Of a DNA stretch of 17,906 nt, positions 1 through 10,722 are shown piece after piece (the first letter of the stretch is position 1; each line of letters opens with the position of its first letter). The position numbers were made by a program, and so were the translations under genes. The notes beneath the pieces are model-generated. The model had not been told where the DNA came from, searched no databases, and saw only the letters and a list, made by a program, of their open reading frames with translations. The DNA is from Ginkgo biloba (lineage: Eukaryota; Plantae; Ginkgophyta), in contig JANKJI020000004.1 in NCBI GenBank assembly GCA_024626585.2, forward strand, positions 4,759,364 through 4,777,269, written 5' to 3'.

Positions 1-1032
1 GATGATTTGACGGGGCAAACAATCTTGTTAGTAGGATTATGGTGGCCTTGCATATTTCAAGACATTAAGTGATTTGTGCAAAGTTGTAACATTTGCAAGC
101 GTATAGGGCGATCGTAAAAGGGAGATTTCATGGATTTGCATTCGACCCTGCCATAGGAGCTGTTTGAACAATGGGTTCTAGATTTTATTAGTCCTTTCAA
201 GCATCTCCTCTTGGTGAGGTAGGTGCNNNNNNNNNNNNNNNNNNNNTGGCAATAGAGTATTTAACTAAATTGATGGAAGCATGAGCTTTTGCTAGATAAA
301 TTCTGAGCAAAATACTATAAAGTTTTTTACGAGTGCATCATTATGCGATTTGGTTTCCCTTTAAAGTTGACAAGTGACAGAGGTGGCCATTTTGTTACCC
401 ATGTGATTCAACACCTAACAATGGAGTTTAGAATATCATATAGCAAGTCAAGTCCGTATTAATCCATGAGCAAACGGTCATGGGGAAGCAAGAAAGAAAG
501 TACTAGTAGTGATACCCTACAAAACTTGTGGGGGTGGATTAGAAGTACTGGGCTGAAAGATTTCTAGCAACACTATGGGCAATTCACACAACCTACAACG
601 GGATTAGAAGACATGCACCCATTCCAATTAGTTTAAGGACAAGACGCTGTGATGCCCCTTGAATTTGTGATCCCAAGTTTGTGGGTAGCCTTGGAGAATG
701 CCTTGACAATGAGACAAGTCTCCAAGCTAGACTAAACAAACTCCTAATGTTAGACGAATGATGACTAATAGCATAATGGGCAACATCTATTGCACAAAAG
801 AGGCAAAAGCAATGGCATGATCATCATCTCCACCAACAAAACATTCATGTGGATTCGCAAGTACTATAGTATGACGAAAAGCCAACAATTAAACTAGGTA
901 AGTTGAAGATATAATGATTAGGCCCTTTCATTCTTACTAATATTTTTTATAACACGGTCGTACAATTAGCCAATTTAGATGGATTGACTCAAAATGGACA
1001 GGTTAATGGTTTAGAGTTAAAACAATATCATC
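1..1032 (+). mobile_element. Degenerate Ty3/gypsy (Athila-like) integrase, with stops and frameshifts
   Basis: Manual translation gives TGQTILLVGLWWPCIFQDIK*FVQSCNICKRIG (end of the HHCC zinc finger), WVLDFISPF (first D, ~181), RFGFPLKLTSDRGGHF (second D, 376), NGHGEA (E, ~484), PFQLV*GQDAVMPLEF, and the GPF module ending VNGLELKQYH. Assignment to Athila is from recalled motif style, not a search. Confidence 0.92.
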
Positions 1033-2197
1033 CACAACAAGGTGCAGAGGAGGATATTCCAGTTCATTATATCAATCCAGATTACAAGGATTGGACTTTT
1101 GTTCATCAATTTAACTAGGTTAGGAAACACAATTGCCCGTGTCAACAGAACAAGATCCTCACGAAGAGCAGACACTAGAGTAGTAAGTTATTTTGGGATG
1201 AACTAGACATCTCAAGGTACCAATAATAAAGTAAATTTACAAGGATGAACAAAACGTAGACGCAAAACGAAGGCATGGAAAACTCTCAAGAAGAAAGAGT
1301 GCAACTAAGATTGGATGGCAAAAGATTAACGCTGGACAACCAATCCTAGACATGTAACCCCAGACTACCAAACCATCCATTCAAGATATCTAATATTGCA
1401 CAACAAGTACAAATAGACTAGACAGACATGGATGCTTAAATGACAATACAGGATAGCAATTGCATGGTCACAAAATACGGCATTTGCATGAAGATGAAAA
1501 TTGGCAACAATGGTTGCTCAATAGGAAGAGGTGTTTGACATGCAGTTTTGATGGAAGTTGGGAGGTTACTTAGCTTCTCTCTCCACTTTAAAAGAAAAGG
1601 ACTCAACTCATTTTCACCACAACCCAATGTGGCAAGCAAAGGAGCTCATGATAATTTTGACAGAGAGTATGCAAGACGAGAAGACTCTATAGTGCTTCCA
1701 ATGCTTATTCCAACTGGCATCGACGTCCTCAACATCATAAATTAATTTTCCTAAGTTGTGAAATTTGAATTCAATTTTTTCTTTTCAAAATTTTGTATCA
1801 ACTAGCATGGGCGATGGGTAATACAAGTCGAAGGTGGTTGAGGATGGGCACCAAGCTGAGTCTAACATGACAAGCCAGAAGATCACCAAGGGTCCAAGAA
1901 TCAACGTAGGATCACTAGTCAATGGGCCCCCTATAGGGAATTAGATTACTTGGTATGTGGTAGATTTACTCAAACTTCAGGATTAGTGGAGCAACCTCCT
2001 CACCGATAGCCAAACGAGGAGAACGTTGGAGCAAGAAAGTATCTCACAAAGTATCACCATCCCAGTTCTAACCAAAATTCTGGAAGTTTTGGAATAATTG
2101 GTAAAGAAGCTATGATGCTCAGGCAAAAGTTTTGTGGATTTAGGGCAGGTGAAATTCCTATGAACCAACGAATTTCGAGCAACTACTAGCTCTGTCA
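1033..2197 (+). mobile_element. 3' internal (post-integrase) region of the same gypsy element
   Basis: It is contiguous with the integrase end. ~1033-1220 is homologous to ~2615-2800, and ~1260-2167 is homologous to ~4280-5270 (e.g. shared GGAATTAGATTACTTGGTATGTGGTAGATT and TTTTGATGGAAGTTGGGAGGTTACT). Confidence 0.75.
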
Positions 2198-2297
2198 NNN
2201 NNNNNNNNNNNNNNNNNNNNNNNNNNNNNNNNNNNNNNNNNNNNNNNNNNNNNNNNNNNNNNNNNNNNNNNNNNNNNNNNNNNNNNNNNNNNNNNNN

Positions 2298-2800
2298 ATG
2301 ACGAGATAAGTCTTCAAGCAAGACTAAACAAATTCCTGATATTAGATGGACTAATGCCACAATGGGCAACATCTATGCAAAAAAGAGGTAGAAGCAATGG
2401 CATGATCGTCATCTCCGCTGATAGAATATTCATGCAGGTTTGTAAGTCTTGCGGTATGGCGACATGACAACAATTAAACCAAGTTGAAGATATAGCGGTT
2501 AGGCCCTTTCATTGTTACTGATATTTTTGAGAATGGGGTTGTACAACTAACTAATTTAGATGGATGGACTTAGGATGGACCAGTCAGTGGTTCAAAGTTA
2601 AAACTATATCATTCACAACAAAGCGCAGAGAAGGACGTTCTAGTTCATTGCATCAATTCAGAGATTGGAAAAGTGCTTTTGTCTAACAAATTAATAGGCT
2701 AGGCCACATAGCTACCCTTGTCAGTAGAATGAGTTCCTCACAAAGAGTAGATGGCATACTATTAAGTAATTCTAGGATGAACTAGACATTTTAGAGTAAT
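2298..2800 (+). mobile_element. Second, diverged copy of the gypsy integrase C-terminus and the start of its 3' region
   Basis: It aligns by eye with ~708-1220 (ARLNK.L.LD, W.T...K.WHD.HL, LGPFI.T.IF.N.VVQL.NLDG, VSGSKLKLYH, GATGAACTAGACAT). It starts immediately after a 100-N gap. Confidence 0.88.
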
Positions 2801-3339
2801 AGATGATTTACTCAAAAGTAGTTTTTTCCATCCAAAAATTGCATTGCAACTTTGTTGTAGTAAAAAAATTATTCTTCTGTTTCGATCATATCATTTCCAT
2901 CTTCTTATTGAACCATGCTATTATAGATTCTATTAGGAAGATAATCCTAAGGATACATGCCCCATTTTTTTTTTTTTTTTTAATTAATTATTTGGTCAAT
3001 TGTGAGAACTAAATCAAGTACTTCCCCTACTCATACAATGCTCGCAGAAAGTTAAATTCAATCCAACCTGATAAATATTGAAGGAAGAGACAAGGAGGAA
3101 GTGATAGAAGAAATGCTCATACAAACTAAGAGAAAATCATGGTAAGAAAATAACAAGGCCCATCAAACCTAGGATAGAGGATTATTTCAAGGCAATCCCT
3201 TTATTTCTAAACCTTAGTTGACTTAGTAGAGTGTTCCATTTCAATATAGGTCATCCAAATATAGAAGGTTAAAAAATACTTCTTCAATAGAGTATAACAT
3301 AGTGAATGATTTGACCAAATACCCTACCAATATAACATT

Positions 3340-3420
3340 TATAGATTCTCTTAAGAATCAGATCCAAATGGAAAATTTAAAAGGATATTTGGATGGGACC
3401 ATAACTCCAATTGAAATGCT
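3340..3420 (+). mobile_element. Possible Ty1/copia gag N-terminal relic
   Basis: NLKGYLDGTITP (3374-3409) resembles the LxGYLDGTIxxP motif of plant copia gag N-termini. No other supporting motifs were recognised, and the region runs into a 679-N gap. Confidence 0.3.
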
Positions 3421-4279
3421 TATGAGGGAGCAAGTTCTTCAGATACCACAAAATAATCCCTTTTATATTTCTCTTCAGATACANNNNNNNNNNNNNNNNN
3501 NNNNNNNNNNNNNNNNNNNNNNNNNNNNNNNNNNNNNNNNNNNNNNNNNNNNNNNNNNNNNNNNNNNNNNNNNNNNNNNNNNNNNNNNNNNNNNNNNNNN
3601 NNNNNNNNNNNNNNNNNNNNNNNNNNNNNNNNNNNNNNNNNNNNNNNNNNNNNNNNNNNNNNNNNNNNNNNNNNNNNNNNNNNNNNNNNNNNNNNNNNNN
3701 NNNNNNNNNNNNNNNNNNNNNNNNNNNNNNNNNNNNNNNNNNNNNNNNNNNNNNNNNNNNNNNNNNNNNNNNNNNNNNNNNNNNNNNNNNNNNNNNNNNN
3801 NNNNNNNNNNNNNNNNNNNNNNNNNNNNNNNNNNNNNNNNNNNNNNNNNNNNNNNNNNNNNNNNNNNNNNNNNNNNNNNNNNNNNNNNNNNNNNNNNNNN
3901 NNNNNNNNNNNNNNNNNNNNNNNNNNNNNNNNNNNNNNNNNNNNNNNNNNNNNNNNNNNNNNNNNNNNNNNNNNNNNNNNNNNNNNNNNNNNNNNNNNNN
4001 NNNNNNNNNNNNNNNNNNNNNNNNNNNNNNNNNNNNNNNNNNNNNNNNNNNNNNNNNNNNNNNNNNNNNNNNNNNNNNNNNNNNNNNNNNNNNNNNNNNN
4101 NNNNNNNNNNNNNNNNNNNNNNNNNNNNNNNNNNNNNNNNNNNNNNNNNNNNNNNNNNNNNNTTTTGGTCCGCAGCAGGAGTTTCTCTCTCCTGTCATGC
4201 ATTTGGGTTTTTTTAGTATTATAGTATAGACTAATGAGTATAGATAGAACCTATCCAATTTTAAAGGCACCTAAAACAA

Positions 4280-5270
4280 AGTGAATTTGAACAGAGGCAT
4301 GGAAAAAATTAAAAGAAGAAAGATCAAGATTATGGGATAGATGGAGAAAGATTAATATTGGACAATCGGTCTCGGATGTCCAGTCAGGGATGGTTGGATG
4401 GTCAGTCTTAGATATCTAACCTATAACAATCTACTCCACACGGATCGTTTCGAACAGTAGGTCCTAGACAATCCAATGAAATGCCTCGGATGGCCTTAGA
4501 AGATTGATCTGAATGACCAGGTATAGATGACCTAAACGCTTGATCAAGATGCTTGCATGACGATGAAAAGTGGAGTTTGCATGAAGTTGAAAAGTGGTGA
4601 CAGTGGTTACTCAATAGGATGAGCTTTTGTTATGCATTTTTGATGGAAGTTGGGAGGTTACTAACTTACCTCCACTTTACAAGAAAAGGGCTCAACTCAT
4701 TTTCATGACAACTCAATGTGGCAAGCAAAGGAGTCCATGATAATTTCAAGGGAGATTTTGGAAGACGAGAAGACTCCAAAGTGTTTTCGACACTTATTCT
4801 AGTTGATATAGATGCTTCAGACATCAACAGGTTCAGACATCAATAGGTAATTTTTTCTAAGTTGTGCAATTTGACTTCAGTTTTTTCTTTTCAAACTTTT
4901 TTATCAACTAGCATGGCCAGTGGGAGATATAAGCCAAGGGTGGCCAAGGATGGGAACCAAGTTTGTTCTAGTGTGAGAAGCGGGAAAATCACTAAGGGAC
5001 TAAGAATGAACCTAGGATCACAAGATGGTGGACCTCTTATAAGGAATTAGATTACTTGGTATGTGGTAGATTCACCATTTTTTAGGATTAGTGGAGCAAC
5101 CTCTCCATTGATAACCAAACAAGGGGAATGCTAGAGCAGGTAGGTGTCTTACAAAGTGTTACCATCCCAGTTTTGGTCCAAATTCCACATATTCTTGAAA
5201 AGTTGGCAAGGAGCTACGATCCTTAGGCAAAAGCCACGTAGATTTTGGGGGGTGCAATTTTCTTATTAAC
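4280..5270 (+). mobile_element. Diverged copy of the gypsy 3' internal region (paralogous to ~1260-2167)
   Basis: Colinear matches include AGGCATGGAAAA...AAGAAGAAAG, CAATGTGGCAAGCAAAGGAG, TATCAACTAGCATGG, GGATTAGTGGAGCAACCTC and CCATCCCAGTT. Confidence 0.8.
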
Positions 5271-5711
5271 TAGTGTAACCCTAATGATATTTGATTAATG
5301 TATTAATAAATATTATTCTAACATGTATTTCCTTAAATCCTTCACCATAATTTTTTTATGTATTTTGGAAATATGTATCTGTTATAATTTGTACACTCTT
5401 CTTATAGTAACAAAAAATAAACACTTTCTTAGAAATTTCTTACAACTATTAAGAATTCCAAGGAAAATATAGATAGATTAAACTAATTTTCTTATAAGGA
5501 ATTTAGATCATAATCATCGATATTTGCCACATTAAAACTACTCTTCATATTTGGTTAGTATGTGTTATGGTTAACATACAAATCAATAGATACATATAGT
5601 ATCCAAAACAANNNNNNNNNNNNNNNNNNNNNNNNNNNNNNNNNNNNNNNNNNNNNNNNNNNNNNNNNNNNNNNNNNNNNNNNNNNNNNNNNNNNNNNNN
5701 NNNNNNNNNNN

Positions 5712-5920
5712 ATAGAGTGTATCATCCAACGACCAAGAAAGTGGAGGCTACGAGAAATGTAATCTTCAATGAAGGAGACACATATCTCCAACTGGGTAAA
5801 CTTTTAGAGGATGTTGAGCTTACTAAGGGTAATAAAATCATTGTTGATGTAGATGAGGAGTCTTCTCCCTCTTAGAGTAGTCTTATTAATCCTACATTTG
5901 CTAATTTTGAATCTGCTGAG
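5712..5920 (+). mobile_element. Ty1/copia fragment (SH3-like region just downstream of integrase)
   Basis: The frame starting at 5714 reads RVYHPTTKKVEATRNVIFNEGD..., matching the copia (GY)RxYxPxxKKxxxSRxVxFxE motif. It is followed by an acidic/Ser linker (VDVDEESSPS*SSLINPTFANFESAE). The right boundary is approximate. Confidence 0.75.
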
Positions 5921-6037
5921 GATTTACACTTCTAAGCTCTCATTGCATCTGAGTGACTACCTAAACTTTTCAAGACATTACAAGTCATCTTCTCATGTAT
6001 TGAGTGTAGTGGCTGACTTTTTGGATGCTGTCCTTGG
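5921..6037 (+). CDS. UTP20: UTP20 internal exon (5' boundary uncertain)
   Basis: It reads SKLSLHLSDYLNFSRHYKSSSHVLSVVADFLDAVLG, resembling the plant UTP20 YKSSxQVLSxVADFLD segment. The donor GG|GTAAGC at 6038 is strong (phase 2) and splices in frame to 6192. There is no clean upstream acceptor; candidates are AG at 5919-5920 or 5935-5936. Confidence 0.75.
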
Positions 6038-6191
6038 GTAAGCATAATCTCATCTTTCACTTTACCTTCAAGCCCCATTCCCCTTAACTTGTTCTTGTAG
6101 CTATTCTCTTTCTGGATGGAACCTGGAGAGTTTACCTTTGTGTTTGATTCTCTCTCGTAACTCATATGACTTTTATTTTTCAATTTGACAG

Positions 6192-6444
6192 GGAAACAGA
6201 TGTGATATACAATAATAAAGAATACCCTTCAGAACTTAAGATGGATAGATCTCTGGATGCATTGAGTCTATTTGCTGATAATTTGGGAATGGCAGATAAA
6301 ACACTTAGGCTTTCAACTTTAAGAGTTCTAAGGCACTATGAACCTCTTTCAGTCCCTGTATCTGAGAGCACAGTACGGCCTGAAAAGAGAAGAAAGGTGG
6401 AAGGAGGAAAATCCTGTGATGAGGTTTCCCATTCTTACAGCAAA
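6192..6444 (+). CDS. UTP20: UTP20 internal exon
   Basis: Acceptor TTGACAG| (6190-6191) and donor AAA|GTATGC (6445). It encodes ETDVIYNNKEYPSELKMDRSLDALSLFADNLGMADKTLRLSTLRVLRHYEPL...EKRRKVE...YSK, matching the FxxNLxxxxKxIRxxTLRILCHYEPL motif of plant UTP20. Confidence 0.9.
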
Positions 6445-6543
6445 GTATGCCTTTTTGTACTTATTTGTTGTTTTTATTTAATAGCACCAAAATATATCTA
6501 ATTTTAGTAACCCTCACATTTTTGCTTGAATGGGGAATCACAG

Positions 6544-6883
6544 GTTATAAAACAGCTGCTTGCAGTTGAAGTAACCCCTTTGTCCCTTGGTACAAGCAGG
6601 CAATCTACAGTTCTTATCTCTAAGATCCAGATGGATCTCTGTGCGGGAAAGATCCCTGATTCGTATTTGACTCTTTTATTGCATGGCTTGATTGGTATAC
6701 TGCATAATCGGTTTGGACTTTTATGGGGTCCAGCAATAGACTGCCTTGCAGCTTTATTAGAGAGTCATGGGTACCTTATTTGGGATTCCTTTGTGCATCA
6801 TCTTGAGCTAAGTCAGTCATTATTTCTTGCATTACCAGAGCGTACAGAGAAGCTGGAATCCAACTGTTTCAGGTTATCAAAAG
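6544..6883 (+). CDS. UTP20: UTP20 internal exon
   Basis: Acceptor TCACAG| (phase 0, matching the 99-bp upstream intron) and donor AAG|GTATCA at 6884 (phase 1). It encodes VIKQLLAVEVTPLSLGTSRQSTVLISKIQMDL...GLIGILHNRFGLLWGPAIDCLA, where NRFxxLW is typical of UTP20. Confidence 0.9.
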
Positions 6884-7859
6884 GTATCAATTTTCCCTTA
6901 TAATGAAGCATGAATTTTGTGTTGTGGCTACATCTAGTATCAAAAAAGTCATAGAAGAACTAATAACCTGAAAAAGTGGATGTACTTTATGTTCTAAAGA
7001 CTAATACACATGCATGCTTGTTCCATGTTTATCTTAATTAAACCACATGAAAATACAGTGATCACTCGCACCCTATTTCTTTATTATGTGGTACATAAAA
7101 TAAAGCTAGAATATGATTCTGAGAGGAATCATACTATTCAATCACTTATAAAGGTTAATAGGTGGAGACAATACAATATAATAAATACTAAGAGTAGGAT
7201 ATAATGTTCTAGATATAGATAAGGATTTGGAAGATAAATTGTGGAAGNNNNNNNNNNNNNNNNNNNNNNNNNNNNNNNNNNNNNNNNNNNNNNNNNNNNN
7301 NNNNNNNNNNNNNNNNNNNNNNNNNNNNNNNNNNNNNNNNNNNNNNNTCTCTAGTTTAGGAGTAGGGGGCATTCACATTCCACCCCCAAACCCACAAACA
7401 AAAATATCATAAACACTTAATTGTAGCTAAAAAACATGAAGAGTGTAGCTAGAACAACCTCATCATGTTACATACCAAATCCATCCCAAAGTAGGTGTCA
7501 CTCCAATGGAAGCATTATGGCTACTCTCCAAACCACCAACAAAAGTGGGGTCATGCTGAATGAAGTGCAACTAGAAATGCAAAGGACCGACTGGAAGGTG
7601 TAGTGACGCAAAGTGATAAGCAAGTGTGAATAAAGGCTAAGGGAGGATGTGTGGCTTAACTAAGACAATGGAAAAAAAATGAAAGTTATTCTCTGGAGAA
7701 AGGATAGTTATAATGAAATGGGAAAGGAAAGGTTCACAAATAGTCCACCCTCTTAATATATGAATAAAAGATCAAAACTTTATGTATATACTTCCCTAAG
7801 GCACTCATGATGACATAGAATGAAAACCAACAGAGAAGAAACTAAACATGATCAACAAT

Positions 7860-8165
7860 GAGAAACTCCATAAAAACAACAACAAAAATGATGAAAAAAA
7901 GGAATACCATAAATGGCAACAAAATATTGACAAAAATGAGGACCAAAAGTTGTGAAAAAATGTTGACCAATAATGATGGCACAAAATGGCCAAAAGAATG
8001 CTGAACAAAATGATGACTCGTACAAAATGGAAAATAACAACAACAAAAAGGAAAATAATTTCTACAAGATGATGACTCAATTTAAAGAAAAAGTTCAAAT
8101 GAAGGCTCATGACATTTTATTAAAGACAAAACGACATAAAGAAGAAGATGCAAAATGATGATGTT
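7860..8165 (+). repeat. A-rich degenerate array of CAAAATGATGA(C)-like motifs
   Basis: Variants occur at ~7884, 7931, 7957, 8006, 8065, 8096 and 8151. This explains the spurious K/N-rich and F/I-rich ORFs on both strands. Confidence 0.55.
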
Positions 8166-9679
8166 TTGTTATTTTGAATATCTTCATCATTTATTTCCCT
8201 ACATTTTTTACATTTTTATTTTATTTTTGAGATAATTATCTATATATCATTTCTTGTTTCTAATTACCTAATTGTTGTTATAGGTATAATTTTGGGTATG
8301 CAAGGTTGAATATAACAAACATGAGAATTTGCCATAAAATAAATTAGGAGGAGACATAAGTTAAACTTTGAATTGACATAGCACATAAAAACTTGTTATA
8401 ATGATTAGAGTAGGTCAGTATCTAATAGATAGTGGTTCGAAATTCATCATGATACATGGATTGCATGCATGCTAAGAAAATAGTAAGGAAGTATTGTGGG
8501 TTAATAGGTGGTGCTAGTGTTTTTGCATGTTAAATAAAAGAAAAAAAAGGAGGGGTCATTTGCATTTCAAAAGTATAATAAGTTACTTGCTCGGAGAAAG
8601 GACATGCTTGTAAGAATTAGGGCATTATGGGTGTACACTAAGGAAATATTTCTTTGGAAAATTCCTCCAAATTGGCCTCAAGATAGGATTCAAATGCCTA
8701 AAGGATATAAACTATCCTTAAAAATATATTCTCATCCATTCAATATACTAAGGGAATTTAATTCCATTAAAGTAATAAATCCCAATAAAGTGAGATTTAT
8801 TTGCCTCAATTCATCATTATTAATTGTACAATCTATTGCAAGTTGTATTTATTAGTGTTAAAACTCTTCATGTGTTAACCTCACATTCAACTCAAATTAA
8901 GTGCTTGATGGTTAAGGGAATTTCAAGGACTATAGTGGCACCATGAATTAACACATAAAATGGCATAACTTCTAAAGTGTGAGGGGTCTTGTTAATATGG
9001 TCACCAAGAGTTATGGAAACTATAAGGTCAACACGACCATCAATTGCTTGTTGTTAATTATTAGTAATTGTTTGAGGAAAATAAATTTCAAGGGATATTA
9101 ACACCCAAAATCCCCCCCATTAGAACTTTGGAATAATATGCCTAAAAGCACTAGGTGGCATATTACCACAAATGGTAGAGAACTTTTTCCTATAGTTTTC
9201 CATGGCATAATTTCATTAAATTACATGGGAAAAGAAGACAACTTCTTGGAAGGTGTGGAATAATTGGCCTAATTACAAAAGAAAAATAACTAATTATTTT
9301 CACAAAAGGAAGCTTCCTTTCCTCATAAAGGGGGAGGAAGTTAAGGATTTATCTCATCACCAATCACCATGGGAGGATTGATATGTATAGGGTTTTCCAA
9401 ATATGTACCTATTCATTCCAGGTTTGATACTTACATTAATGCATGTGTTAATATGCAACCAATTTGCAAAGCTTCAATTTAACTGTGTTGTTGAACTCAT
9501 GTGTTTGCATCAGTTTCTTTTCTGGGTCATACCCTGCATTTAGTGCACGAAATATCCCTCAAAACCAGGGTGTAATACTTCAAGCTTTGGAAGTGTTTGG
9601 AAGTATTGTGAAATATTCTCACCTCATGACTGTGTGCAAGGATTCATCTAATACAGTTCAATGTACGTACCTTTTGCAG

Positions 9680-9941
9680 GCTTTTGGAGGAAAGTGATCC
9701 TGATATTCAGCTCAAAGTTCTTGATTGCCTGTTGAATTGGAAGGATGATTTTATTCTTGCATATGAGGAACATCTGAAGAATTTGATTTCTTTGAAAAAT
9801 GCACGAGAAGAAATAACGACATGGAGTTTGTTGAAAGAAAGTCAACAAGTTCAAGATTGTCATAGGGAAGGATTGATCCCTTTAATTATACGGATACTAG
9901 TCTCAAAGGTCAAGAAGATCAAGCCACTCTCAGCAAGGAAG
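9680..9941 (+). CDS. UTP20: UTP20 internal exon (start of DRIM/UTP20 N-terminal-type domain)
   Basis: Acceptor CTTTTGCAG| (9678-9679, phase 2) and donor AAG|GTAAAT (9942, phase 0). It encodes LLEESDPDIQLKVLDCLLNWKDDFILAYEEHLKNLISLKNAREEITTWSL...HREGLIPLIIRILVSKVKKIKPLSARK, the highly conserved UTP20 segment. Confidence 0.95.
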
Positions 9942-10722
9942 GTAAATATTTTTGCTTTCAATTGGAACAAATATTATTAACTCAATGTTATGGTCCCATT
10001 CCCTTGATTTGTCATAATTTTGGTATTAGTCATGATTAAGCTTAATTGATAATGTTGAGATTAGCATTGCAACATGTATTTGGTTAGTGCAAGTGAGTAC
10101 TTGGCAATCCTTACTAAAACTTGTAGAAGCAGCTGGTCCCCACCAAACCATTATTTAAGGATAGCTAGTTGTTAGGTCTTCTGTTTTTCAAATTATCTTT
10201 GTTTCCATATTGGAGATTCACTTATGGGGAGATTGGGTCTGTTTTCGGGTAAAGATCTGCTGACCACTTTGCTTTCTATTCCATGAATTCAATTTACTGC
10301 CAAGGCCTGGAGCCTTTCTCTGTTTCTATCATTGTCTGGTTTTGTTCACTTTGAGATCCAGTCATTATTTTAAACTGTTGTATTAAGTTGTCAAATCTGT
10401 TCACTGCTCGAACCTGACTTTGGACATATCGGTATCCCTAATATATTATGTTGTCGTACATATCTGTGGATGGTGACTTTATGGTGTGTACCAATGCCTG
10501 ATGCTTGATAGTGTATCTATCTTTGATATGATCCTTTGGTTTGTTGGATGGTTATCTCTGAGTAAGTTTTATTATATTGACAACCTTTATATATCTCTCT
10601 CATATATTTGACAAGTTCTTTTGTGTAAGGCCCAGATTAATATTTGATCGAGCAATAGACAGATGATATCTTTATCTTTCCAAGACTTTCACTGACGTGC
10701 TTCCCTTATTTTTGTTGACCAG

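Noticed and set aside
3302-4270. 260-304 aa ORFs in the supplied track
   Set aside because: They consist almost entirely of the 679-N gap and are artefacts. The same applies to the other X-filled ORFs.
7805-8158. Hydrophobic 101-aa minus ORF and K/N-rich plus ORF
   Set aside because: They are by-products of A-rich low-complexity sequence.
9196-9340. Imperfect hairpins (9196-9233 and ~9313-9340) as possible miRNA or Helitron ends
   Set aside because: They are short and imperfect. There is no CTRR terminus after them, and they are expected by chance in this composition.
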